Source: a virus
Virus record (IMG/VR): IMGVR_UViG_3300028178_000001
Span: 28,108-92,107 of that record
Reading direction: 5' to 3' (one strand)
DNA: 64,000 bases
Below are positions 47,772 to 57,119 of this stretch, piece after piece (position 1 is the stretch's first letter; each line of letters starts with the position of its first letter). Under the pieces are notes generated by a model. It was not told where the DNA came from and made no database searches. It saw only the letters and a program-made list of their open reading frames with translations. A program made the translations under genes and the position numbers.

Positions 47772-47840
47772 GAAAAGGTTAACACATAAGAAAGTTTAAT
47801 AACTAACTTTTTAAAAATAAAAAACTATTGGAGTAATAAA

Positions 47841-49262
47841 ATGGACGATTTAATGTTTGGCGAACAATACGCAAATAGCGGTGCTTCGACAATGAAAGAC
47901 CTCCAGGACTTAGCCAAAGCACTTGAGGTTGGCTATGCGATGGGGACAACGGACCAAGCCGGGTTCGCGGCCACGAGACTGGAGAGTCTTGACCCGGTTG
48001 TAAAATGGCTGACACTCAATGAATCTTCACCGGCTTTTTTTAGAGCAATGAGAAAAGGTAAGGCATCTAGCACGGTTGAAGAATTTGTAACGATGAATGA
48101 AGTTGGTGACGCCAATTTTTATGCTGAAGGCGGAATCCCGGATGAATACGATGAAGATATCCGAAGAGAATTTGAGCAGGTGAAATACATCGGAACAGTA
48201 GGGAAAATACCTTTGCAAGCATTGATGGTGAAGAGCAATACCAACAATGAAGCTTTGATAACAAGAGCAAAAGCACTTGCTATTATGAAAACCGCAGACA
48301 GCAAAATGATCTACGGCGATTCCGGACGAAATCCTTACGAATGGAACGGATATTACAAACAATTCAAAGCCAAGGCGAAAAATCTTAACCAGAACACAAT
48401 TGATTTGCGCGGCAAACGTATTAGACCGGAAACCCTTAATGAATCTGTAAAGATTATTGCGGATAACTGGGGGAACCCAAATAACGCGAAGTGTTGGATG
48501 AGCGCAAATGATTTTCAATACTATACTGATGAATTGTTAGCGGGTAGAAGATTTGTTACGGGAAGCTCAGAAGCTCGTGATCTTATTGCCGCTGCAAGAA
48601 AATTCGAGTTAGGAAACGGAAAGGGAAATATTGAAACCGATATTCTCTTGAAGTACAAAGGGCAAAATTACATCGGCGCAGAATACCCAAAAACAAACAC
48701 CGCAGGGACAGTATTTGCCGCAACAAACAGCAAAGCACCGGCAACGTTAGACTCAGGTAGCGCCTCTATCTCTATTGATTCAGATGCAGCTACACAGCTT
48801 GACGCAGCAACTTATGACTATGCATTTGTTCCGGTAAATAGATTTGGATCTGGAAAAGCCTTTGAACTGAAGACTAATGTTGTTGCAGCTTCTAAACGTT
48901 GTACGTTTACGTTGACTGATAACGGATCACCGGCGGGACAAGAAGCCACGAGTTTTGATGTTTACCGCAAACTTTCATCCGCTGCTGCAATTACAAGTTA
49001 TAGATATTTGGTCTCATTTACCGCTGCAGAAGTAAAGATCGATAACGGCGAATGGATACCGGGGTCAACAAACATCTTTGTTTGGGATTGGGACTTTGAA
49101 CAAGTGCTCGATTTCCGGCAATTGCTACCAATGACCAAAATGGAATTAGCAAGAATTGATGATTCCAAACGTTGGATGCAAAAGCTATGGGCTGTACCGA
49201 TCCTTGCAGCACCGAACAAAATGGTGATGATAAAGAACGCAGGTTCAACAGCTTGGTCTTAA
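47841..49262 (+). CDS. major capsid protein (SPO1/Twort-like)
   Basis: LAKALEVGY..DQ....A.RLESLD..V..LT; STVEE; EGG.P; YGDS; LLPM.KM.LA..D..W..L.AP.K...IKN. Confidence 0.88.
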   Translation: MDDLMFGEQYANSGASTMKDLQDLAKALEVGYAMGTTDQAGFAATRLESLDPVVKWLTLNESSPAFFRAMRKGKASSTVEEFVTMNEVGDANFYAEGGIPDEYDEDIRREFEQVKYIGTVGKIPLQALMVKSNTNNEALITRAKALAIMKTADSKMIYGDSGRNPYEWNGYYKQFKAKAKNLNQNTIDLRGKRIRPETLNESVKIIADNWGNPNNAKCWMSANDFQYYTDELLAGRRFVTGSSEARDLIAAARKFELGNGKGNIETDILLKYKGQNYIGAEYPKTNTAGTVFAATNSKAPATLDSGSASISIDSDAATQLDAATYDYAFVPVNRFGSGKAFELKTNVVAASKRCTFTLTDNGSPAGQEATSFDVYRKLSSAAAITSYRYLVSFTAAEVKIDNGEWIPGSTNIFVWDWDFEQVLDFRQLLPMTKMELARIDDSKRWMQKLWAVPILAAPNKMVMIKNAGSTAWS

Positions 49263-49285
49263 CGGATTCTAACTAACAAATTTCT

Positions 49286-49321
49286 ATTCCCCTCTTCTGT
49301 ATTTATGCGGCGGAGGGGAAT
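49286..49321 (+). terminator. hairpin after MCP (terminator or stabiliser)
   Basis: ATTCCCCTC.../...GAGGGGAAT stem. Confidence 0.55.
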
Positions 49322-49350
49322 CTTAATTAAAACATTTCAGAGGCTATAAA

Positions 49351-49710
49351 ATGATTAAACATACATATCTTAACAATTTAACGTTAAATGTCCCGGTTTC
49401 CATTCATAAAACGGGCAAACTCCATTTAGATGAAGACGGTTGTATAACCGAGGAATTAAGTTTTGAGCAGGAAAAGGAATTAATCGATCATCCGGATTTT
49501 GTTACAGTGGAAAGTGAAACGATTTTGCCGAAGCTTGGGACGGGTGAGAGTGCTGAAAGCAAAACCGAGGGACAAGGTGAAATTAAACCTGACCCTGAAT
49601 TTAAAGAAGGAGATACCAAAATTGTAGGCGGGAAAGGGTTTATTTACAAAAAGAATAAAGCCGAGGTTTTAACGTGGTTACGTCACCCCGAAATTGACGA
49701 AAAAGGGTAA
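49351..49710 (+). CDS. hypothetical virion-associated protein
   Basis: Follows MCP; carries EGDTK..GG..Y motif. Confidence 0.6.
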   Translation: MIKHTYLNNLTLNVPVSIHKTGKLHLDEDGCITEELSFEQEKELIDHPDFVTVESETILPKLGTGESAESKTEGQGEIKPDPEFKEGDTKIVGGKGFIYKKNKAEVLTWLRHPEIDEKG

Positions 49711-49714
49711 GCAA

Positions 49715-50080
49715 ATGTTAGTAATAGAGGTATTGATTTATCTTGCCGCTGTTTTTTTACTTACGGCATTAGGTGCGTTACTTTTTCTAATTTTTACTCC
49801 TCCTTATAGAGAAAAATTATTGAAACGGTTAGATACCATGCTATCTGAAAAGGATGGGTATTGGAGTAGTACACGTTTCAGATTTCTCTTGGAAACTCTT
49901 GTAGCCAACGCCGCGTTTTGGGGATTAGTAATTTTTCTAACCATAAAAAACAACAAGTTTCCCAATATTCCGGAAAGTATATTAATTGCTTACGGAGGGA
50001 TACAAATAATTTCAGCCGTGTTAAAATTTAAGCAGAAAACTATTGAGAGCGAGCCCACAGAACCGATAGAAGAGAAGTAG
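49715..50080 (+). CDS. membrane protein, putative holin
   Basis: Three hydrophobic segments; SE.DG..SSTR motif. Confidence 0.55.
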   Translation: MLVIEVLIYLAAVFLLTALGALLFLIFTPPYREKLLKRLDTMLSEKDGYWSSTRFRFLLETLVANAAFWGLVIFLTIKNNKFPNIPESILIAYGGIQIISAVLKFKQKTIESEPTEPIEEK

Positions 50081-50089
50081 AGATGTGCA

Positions 50090-51166
50090 ATGAAGACAAT
50101 AAAAAAAGGGGTAGAACAGCTTATAGTTCTTGATCAAGCAGGCTTAGGAAGCGGAAAACACGTTTACCTAACATTGATTGGCGGGAATGGTCTAGCAATT
50201 AAAAATTCTTCAGCGGTTGACATAAAAGATTTGCCACTTTCCTACAACGCAACTTCATCTCTCTATGAAGCAGCCGTAACTGTAGCCTCGGATGAGCCGG
50301 ACCAATTCGTCCGGCTCTTCTTTTACGCAACAGACACAAACGTAGAAAACAAATATTACCCGGAAGACGCAAAGTTAGAGCCAGTAGCCGGAGTGATAGC
50401 TTCAGAGGTTGAAATAGTACCCGTACAATTTTTTATTGATTACATCCTTGCAAAATCGAGCAGATTAGACCCGGGATATGAACAAGCAATTACTAAGTAT
50501 TGTGAAGACCGGACAGGGCTAAGAAGTTTCTTAAGATCGGCCCAAGACACACTTGAAAAAGATAGTGAACTCTATTTTACCGAGAGGACATTAACCGAGA
50601 ACCGGGATAATTACTTCGAAAAATTCAGCATGAATCTTTGGCAAATCCAAGCTTATTATCCTCCCATAAATGAATTAACCAGTGTAAAGATAAAATACGG
50701 AAACGTTGAACTTCTTGGAATTGGAGTTGATCTTTTTACATTCGATAGGATGACCGGCATTATTGAATTTTTGCCTTTGCCAACGGGCGGAACGGCCGGG
50801 CTTTATACCTTACTTCTAGGCAGTTTAAGCGCCTTGGGGTTGAATATATTGACCGGAGGAGCGTTGGAGAGAATACCAAACTTTTTTCAATTTACTTATA
50901 AGACCGGCTTGGTTTATACAGGCGCAGACCAGTTTGAGGTTGAAGGGATAAGACAAGCAGTTTGCCGCCGGGCATTTTTAAGTGTGGTCCATCATCTAGA
51001 CCCGGCAGCAAGAGTTATTAGCGAGAGCGAAAGTATTGACGGAGTAACCGGGAGCATAAGTTCGGGTGTAGCAAAGGTTATTACAGAGCTAAAACAGGAT
51101 GAAACAAAATATATAAATAGTTTGCGCCAGAAGTATGGTAAGAATTTTAACGTTGTGGTCGGGTAA
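50090..51166 (+). CDS. putative head-tail adaptor
   Basis: Position after MCP; PINE..SV, IP..F..TY.TG, S.SIDGV..S motifs. Confidence 0.6.
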   Translation: MKTIKKGVEQLIVLDQAGLGSGKHVYLTLIGGNGLAIKNSSAVDIKDLPLSYNATSSLYEAAVTVASDEPDQFVRLFFYATDTNVENKYYPEDAKLEPVAGVIASEVEIVPVQFFIDYILAKSSRLDPGYEQAITKYCEDRTGLRSFLRSAQDTLEKDSELYFTERTLTENRDNYFEKFSMNLWQIQAYYPPINELTSVKIKYGNVELLGIGVDLFTFDRMTGIIEFLPLPTGGTAGLYTLLLGSLSALGLNILTGGALERIPNFFQFTYKTGLVYTGADQFEVEGIRQAVCRRAFLSVVHHLDPAARVISESESIDGVTGSISSGVAKVITELKQDETKYINSLRQKYGKNFNVVVG

Positions 51167-51169
51167 GTT

Positions 51170-51197
51170 AATTAGGAATTACGAATTAGGGATTAGG
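51170..51197 (+). repeat. AATTA(C/G)G heptamer array (4 units)
   Basis: Directly before the ATG at 51199. Confidence 0.8.
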
Positions 51198-51198
51198 A

Positions 51199-51333
51199 AT
51201 GGACGAAAAGTATTTTGAAAGTTTAAGAAAATTACCGGTTAATGATTGGACAACAATTGCTCAATTCCATAGAATAATTATGAATTACAAAAAGATGAAA
51301 TTGTTAGCTGAAAAGCATAAAGTAAAATGTTAA
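51199..51333 (+). CDS. small hypothetical protein (44 aa, not in ORF track)
   Basis: MDEKYFESLRKLPVNDW... Confidence 0.4.
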   Translation: MDEKYFESLRKLPVNDWTTIAQFHRIIMNYKKMKLLAEKHKVKC

Positions 51334-52034
51334 AAATTATTGATGAAAATATTGTACGAAGTTTGAGAAGGTTCGGGCAGACGGTAAAGCATTACCCGGG
51401 TACGTTGTGCAGTTGTATAGGTGAAAATAACGGGGTACCGCTATTAAACCATACTTGCAACCAGGGTTATTATTATGGGGCACCCGAAACAATTGTTGCA
51501 ATAAGAACAGCGATATCTTACAAATATTTGAACACACCGCAGGGAGTTATTTATGACGGCGGGGCAACGTTTACAATACCAAGATTAAATTTAAGCGGAG
51601 TTGAACAGAGAGCTTATTCAACAATTATCCACGGTGACATTTTAGTATGTGAGAACAAAACGAGACGGGATACGGATATACTAAAGCGCGGAGTACGTGA
51701 TTTTATTTATGCGTTTGATGTTACTGAAGTCTTAGGCATTTACAAGAATAGTGCTAAATATGCAAGTTCGAATTATACAATTACTGAGGCAATAAGCATT
51801 GCCGGTAAGTTAATGACCATTGTTTGGAATACGGGGAAGGGGCCGGAGGTTGGTGAAAGTTACACGGTAGAATTTATTTGTGCTCAACAATTTAAAGTGT
51901 GGGAAGATGCGGGAAGCGATAGAGGAACGGATGAAAACAGACTACCGAAAAAGATGCTTACCGTATTAAGGAGATTTGTTTCACCGGTAGAAAATAATCT
52001 TGACACAGTAGAAACGCAGCAGGAGTTGTACTAA
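51327..52034 (+). CDS. putative head closure/neck protein
   Basis: GQ.V.....LC.C.....C..GY pattern of myovirus neck proteins; P..G..Y.VEF. Confidence 0.6.
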   Translation: MLKIIDENIVRSLRRFGQTVKHYPGTLCSCIGENNGVPLLNHTCNQGYYYGAPETIVAIRTAISYKYLNTPQGVIYDGGATFTIPRLNLSGVEQRAYSTIIHGDILVCENKTRRDTDILKRGVRDFIYAFDVTEVLGIYKNSAKYASSNYTITEAISIAGKLMTIVWNTGKGPEVGESYTVEFICAQQFKVWEDAGSDRGTDENRLPKKMLTVLRRFVSPVENNLDTVETQQELY

Positions 52035-55000
52035 TGATAATTACCATATTTGGAAAATCGATAAAGCTAGGGAATAACCCCAACCAAATAGATATGTTTG
52101 CAACAGCCGGAACGGAAAAGGAATTTGCCCCGGGTGATAAGCGAAGATTAGAAGTTACAAACGGCGGAAAATTGCGTTGGAAAAATGCGGATGAGGAGAA
52201 AAAAGAAGAACCTATAAAACAAAATTCTATGCTTGCGGAATTAGCAAAAATTAAAATATCGAATAAACCGGAAGACGTAGTAAAAAGAATGACTTTGCAC
52301 GATTTAGAACAATTTATTAACACCGTTGATAAAGCCCATACTTACGATAGCAATAAAGATGTTTATAACGAAGCAAAGAAAAGACTTGCTAAATTGAAAG
52401 GGGAGAAAGATCAGATAATTAATTTGATGAGCGATTATGAGGTTGTGCCGCCAAAATTAGCAAGACCTTCTGCAGATGATATTTTATTACCAAGTGATTC
52501 ACGAACAAGAAAAGAAGATTATCATAAACGTTTCCAAGCGGAAGATGTTAAGTTTGAGGAAATTAAGAAACCAAAGGGGAAGAAAGCAAAAATTACGATT
52601 AAGGGAATAAAGAAGGAAGAGCCGGTTAAAAAAGAGCCTTGGGAAACAACAAGGAGTGAATTTTTAAAACAGATACATATTAAAAAATATAGAGAAGTAT
52701 CCGTCCCTTATGATTTATACGAACTTTCGCACAACGGAACCGTTATTATAAGAGGACTTGACGTGACTCAAAAGGATAGTCTGTTAAATAACGATATTCT
52801 GACTTTCGCAGCGTTGGACAGTGATGGCTTAGGGCTAAAAGATGAAGATTTTAGGAGGGGAGTAATATCATTATTGCCAGATAAATTTTCTACATATAAA
52901 ATACATAAAAACAGTGTTCTACAAGCCCTATCCGAAGGCAAGCCCGTACCGCCGGAAGTGTTGAAGGATTACCCGGAGTTAGTGGATGAATATGGCTATG
53001 GCAAAAAGAGCAAAGTTTTAATAATCGGTAAAAACGATAAAATAATTTCGAGGGGAAAACTTACTAATGATTCAGAATTAAAAAACTATGTTGGGGAAGA
53101 TTACGCAAACAAGTTATTGGGGCAAGAACCAAAAGAAGATGATGGATGGGTTTATTTGGAAAAACAAGGAGAAACGTTTAAAGCGACTAATAATGCGGAA
53201 CCAATAAAGGCAGAAGAAGTAAGTAACGATAAAATACTTGATACAAAATTTGTTCATCATAGTTGGTATAGGAATACAAAGTCAGGTCCATATAAAACAA
53301 AAAGAGAAGCTTTAGACGAGATGGCGAAAAGCAATGATTTTGTTCTTGATAAAAAGCCGTCTAAAACGCAATCTAATAATTTAATGGACGATATAAATTA
53401 TGATGACATTCTTAGATACACAGGTAAAGAAAAAGGGACTTACAGACTTAGTGAAGTAGAGAAAAAATATTTCCTTGAACGGTCAGAGTACTATAAAAAA
53501 CAACGAGAAGCGGAAAGAACTAATAAACCCGCGACCAAAAGTATCTTCAAAAATTTATTTAAAGCCTTTGGTAAGCAAATATCAATGTTTGGAGCGCAAC
53601 CATACGCTAAGGAAGGACAAACGAAAGAAGGACGCGGTGGAACATTGAAATTAACGCGGGACAGCTCTGGGAAAGGGGCGCATTGGAAACTTGTGAACAA
53701 GCAAAACACAAATGACAATTCGCTAAAGGCGAACCAAACTGCAAAAGAAGAGAATAAAACCGGTGGGAAAATAATTAGCCCAACAAACGCGTTTGATCTA
53801 TTACAGGATAAAATTGGGAACAGCGTATTGTTGCAGGATAACGAGGGGAATTTATTGGGTGAGGGGGCTTTGCAGTTAGTTAACGAGAACAGCGAAGGGA
53901 ATTACTCGTTGTTTGTAAAGGAAGCAAATGGATTTGATTCACTTATTCCAATTCCGAAAAACCAAGCAGTTATACAAAAGGAAGATGGAATAAATTTCAA
54001 ATTTGCTGATAAAAACATTGTGATATCTACAGAACAAAAAAGTAAAATTGCGTCAAAGCCGGTTGAGATCCAAAAAGCGGAAGAGAACGCCAAACATGCT
54101 AGAAACTTAGAGAAGATGCGAAATTACAACGATTGGCAAAAGAAGGCTGATAATTATGCAAATATTGCAAACGGACAAAAAGATTGGTTTTTCGGAGATC
54201 TTGAAAATGCTGCTGATGCAGAAGATATAAACTTTAGTGTGAGAGACCGTATCATTAAAAAAGCGGATACGTTGTTTAAGGAAATAAAGAGGGGTGCAAC
54301 AAAGGCTGATAAGCCGGAAATTTACTCGGCATTAATTGGCGCGGTTGAGGTAAAAAGTATAGCCAAGGCAAAGGCAGTAATTTCTCAATTGAAGAAAAAA
54401 GGATATGAGATAACTGTTAATGAATTTGATAAAGGGATTGATGATGTAAAGGATAAGGAAAATTTCTTTACAAGAGTAAAAATAAGCAAAGGTGAAAACG
54501 ATCCATTGCCGAAGGAGTTGCAGTTTGCAACCGGTGAATATGCGAAAGCATTTGATGAATGCGCAAAGAAACCGAATCCGTTAAGAGAAACGGAAATGAG
54601 CTTGGGATTAAAAATCGCCGCTGAAGCGGTGCCGGAATTCAATACAATTAAGAAACAACTATTTAATAAAGCCGGAGAAGGGGTGGGGCAATTATGGGTT
54701 ACAGGGGGTTTGCCAGGGAGCGGGAAGAGCAGCACGTTAGGAGGAGAGTTTTACAAGAATAAGGTTTTGATAGATCCGGATAGTATAAAATATATGATTG
54801 CTGAGGAAAGAGGAATTACAAAAGAACAAGTTAATAAGAAGCCGTGGGAGCTGCATGAGGAGAGTTCGAATATTGCAAAGCATTTGGTTCGTGAGGCAAT
54901 ACGCGAAAAGAAGGATGTAATTTATGATGTTACTATGAAAGGGACGGAAAACTTAAACGATCTTCTTTATATGGTGAATAGCGACACCTTCCAAGCAAAC

Positions 55001-55726
55001 GCTGAGTTTATTCATCTACCTATTGAGAAAGGAATAGAACGCGACAAAGTTAGAGGTGAAAGAGGGGGTAGAAGCATAGGCGCTGATCTGTATAAAAAGT
55101 TGTTTGAGGATTATCCTACACACAAAGCATTTTTTCAGTTGAAAGATAGCTTTGATAATTTTAGGGTATATGATAACAGCGCGCCTTTGGGGGAAGGGGC
55201 GAAATTATTTTATGTAAAAAATGACGGACAGGAGAAAATACTTCACCCGGATATCCACGATGAATTTAAAAAATTTGGTTTGAAACAAATGGGAAAATCC
55301 TTACATTTAAAATACCAAATGAAAAAATTAATAAAATCCCTCGAAACAGAATTCCCATCCTCCGAATCCGATCAACCGGGTCAAGGCGGAGAAAACTTGC
55401 AAGAGTTACCCACAAGCGAAAAGATAAAATTATTTTTAAATTTTTCCGAACAAGGAATAGAACGAGACATCGATCCGGAACAAGATTTTGTTGGACTTGG
55501 CATGTTGAAGATGCATGGATTGATTGATGAGAATATGAACTTGACACCGGAAGGGGAACAGAAATATCAAGAACAGTTCGGGAATAAGTTCAACAACATG
55601 AACGGTGAAGAAAGCGATTTAGAACAAGTTATCAACCCGACAAAGAATATTGCTGAAGGGAATAACGGCGAGAAAAAATCGACAATAAAAGCGTTCGGGA
55701 AAAAGTTTAATAAAAGGGAGCAATAA
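52034..55726 (+). CDS. large polyvalent protein with zeta-toxin-like P-loop kinase domain
   Basis: TGGLPGSGKSS (about 54700), IDPD.IK, HEESS, VIYD.T, R..RGGR, VYDNS; also QAL.EGKPVP.EVL.DYPEL motif. Confidence 0.8.
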   Translation: MIITIFGKSIKLGNNPNQIDMFATAGTEKEFAPGDKRRLEVTNGGKLRWKNADEEKKEEPIKQNSMLAELAKIKISNKPEDVVKRMTLHDLEQFINTVDKAHTYDSNKDVYNEAKKRLAKLKGEKDQIINLMSDYEVVPPKLARPSADDILLPSDSRTRKEDYHKRFQAEDVKFEEIKKPKGKKAKITIKGIKKEEPVKKEPWETTRSEFLKQIHIKKYREVSVPYDLYELSHNGTVIIRGLDVTQKDSLLNNDILTFAALDSDGLGLKDEDFRRGVISLLPDKFSTYKIHKNSVLQALSEGKPVPPEVLKDYPELVDEYGYGKKSKVLIIGKNDKIISRGKLTNDSELKNYVGEDYANKLLGQEPKEDDGWVYLEKQGETFKATNNAEPIKAEEVSNDKILDTKFVHHSWYRNTKSGPYKTKREALDEMAKSNDFVLDKKPSKTQSNNLMDDINYDDILRYTGKEKGTYRLSEVEKKYFLERSEYYKKQREAERTNKPATKSIFKNLFKAFGKQISMFGAQPYAKEGQTKEGRGGTLKLTRDSSGKGAHWKLVNKQNTNDNSLKANQTAKEENKTGGKIISPTNAFDLLQDKIGNSVLLQDNEGNLLGEGALQLVNENSEGNYSLFVKEANGFDSLIPIPKNQAVIQKEDGINFKFADKNIVISTEQKSKIASKPVEIQKAEENAKHARNLEKMRNYNDWQKKADNYANIANGQKDWFFGDLENAADAEDINFSVRDRIIKKADTLFKEIKRGATKADKPEIYSALIGAVEVKSIAKAKAVISQLKKKGYEITVNEFDKGIDDVKDKENFFTRVKISKGENDPLPKELQFATGEYAKAFDECAKKPNPLRETEMSLGLKIAAEAVPEFNTIKKQLFNKAGEGVGQLWVTGGLPGSGKSSTLGGEFYKNKVLIDPDSIKYMIAEERGITKEQVNKKPWELHEESSNIAKHLVREAIREKKDVIYDVTMKGTENLNDLLYMVNSDTFQANAEFIHLPIEKGIERDKVRGERGGRSIGADLYKKLFEDYPTHKAFFQLKDSFDNFRVYDNSAPLGEGAKLFYVKNDGQEKILHPDIHDEFKKFGLKQMGKSLHLKYQMKKLIKSLETEFPSSESDQPGQGGENLQELPTSEKIKLFLNFSEQGIERDIDPEQDFVGLGMLKMHGLIDENMNLTPEGEQKYQEQFGNKFNNMNGEESDLEQVINPTKNIAEGNNGEKKSTIKAFGKKFNKREQ

Positions 55727-55781
55727 GTCCCCTTCTCCTTACTACATAAGTTAACTTATAAGTTAATTTTAAAGATGCGAC

Positions 55782-56831
55782 ATGAATTACCAAATTGTTT
55801 ATGATATTGATTATTCAAAACTCTATGAGCTGATAAATCATATTGAACAACGACTTGGGAAGGAAGCGGAATTACCGCAGGCAGTTGAAGCCGCCGGTGA
55901 TCTAGCGGTACAGACATGGTTAAATGTTGCAGCAAGCAAGTTCAAACACTCCCAGGGGGAATATGCAAACGGAATAGTCTCGGGCGCGAAATACCCTTAC
56001 CAGAGTGATAACCTTCATTATAAGATCATCCACACCAGCCCACATGCAAAAGCTCTTGAAGAAGGATTCGAAGCATTCGATATGAAGAAGGCGCTTGATA
56101 CTTCGCCAAAGGTACGGATAGGGAAAGACGGTAAAAGGTATTTGGTAATCCCTTTTCAGCACGGTACACCAGGGACAACCTCAATGCGGAGTATGCCTAA
56201 AGAAGTTTACGACAAAGCGCCGGTTTACCAGCGCGAGGTAATTATGGGGAAGGTAAAATATTCTTTGGACGAAACGAGAACCGGTGCAAAAAATTTACGG
56301 CATTCTGTAGCGGTTAAAATGTACAACGAAGGAAGCATAAGAGGAGCGCGAAATTTAGCGGATGCAGAATTAATGAGGAGAAATAATCCGGAGCGGGTAC
56401 AACGGACAATGTATGCATGGGGAGACAAAATTAAGAACACGGGACAGCTGTTGCTTAGATCAGAACCGACGGAATATACGCTAACTGATAAAACAACCGG
56501 CGAAAAGTTTAAGGTAACATCCCCGGCACATAAAAGTAATATTTATGAAGGAATGATGAGATTCCAAACCAATCCTAATGTGAATAGGTTTAATTTCGGT
56601 AAGTTTATTTTTAAGCCGCACAACCAGACGGAGAACATGAGGAACTCAAGCGCATATTTTACCTTTCGGATTATGTCTGAAAATAGTCAAGGATGGATTC
56701 ATCCGGGATTAAGCGGAATGTTTATCTTAAAAGAGACCAAAGAAAGAATTGAACAGCCGGTTATGCAAATGTTGGCGGATGCAGCGCAAAAAGATTTGAG
56801 TGCCACCATTATGTCCTTTACAAACACTTAA
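55782..56831 (+). CDS. putative neck/tail morphogenesis protein
   Basis: A..LEEG...FDMK, YL.IPF.HGTPG, SNIYEGM.R, Y.TFR.MS..S.GWIHPG. Confidence 0.6.
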   Translation: MNYQIVYDIDYSKLYELINHIEQRLGKEAELPQAVEAAGDLAVQTWLNVAASKFKHSQGEYANGIVSGAKYPYQSDNLHYKIIHTSPHAKALEEGFEAFDMKKALDTSPKVRIGKDGKRYLVIPFQHGTPGTTSMRSMPKEVYDKAPVYQREVIMGKVKYSLDETRTGAKNLRHSVAVKMYNEGSIRGARNLADAELMRRNNPERVQRTMYAWGDKIKNTGQLLLRSEPTEYTLTDKTTGEKFKVTSPAHKSNIYEGMMRFQTNPNVNRFNFGKFIFKPHNQTENMRNSSAYFTFRIMSENSQGWIHPGLSGMFILKETKERIEQPVMQMLADAAQKDLSATIMSFTNT

Positions 56832-56894
56832 AAAAATCATAAGTTTGAGATGCTTAATTACCCCCGTAATAAAGCTCCTTTGAATAAGTTCTAG

Positions 56895-56921
56895 AAAATC
56901 CCGCTTCCCGGCGGGATTTTT
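56895..56921 (+). terminator. intrinsic (possibly bidirectional) terminator
   Basis: AAAATCCCGC-TTCCCG-GCGGGATTTTT. Confidence 0.75.
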
Positions 56922-56993
56922 ATTTTTAAAGAATTTGGTTTAAATGTTAATATACAGTTTGCTTTGTAAAGTAACATTTAATATATTTCGAGC

Positions 56994-57119
56994 GCTTACA
57001 AAAGGAATTTAGCAAAATGAAATTAAGAACCCTTGTTACAGATGTGAACGTTTTCCCTCAAAAGAATTCCGTTGTAAGCACACGTTTGAGCAAGGGTTCT
57101 GTTATTATTGGAGTTTGTG
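56994..57119 (+). promoter_or_regulatory. antisense hairpin leader of HNH gene
   Basis: GCTTACAAAAGGAATT (56994) is near-complementary to AATTCCGTTGTAAGC (57065-57079), which lies within stem AGAACCCTTG/CAAGGGTTCT. Confidence 0.55.
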
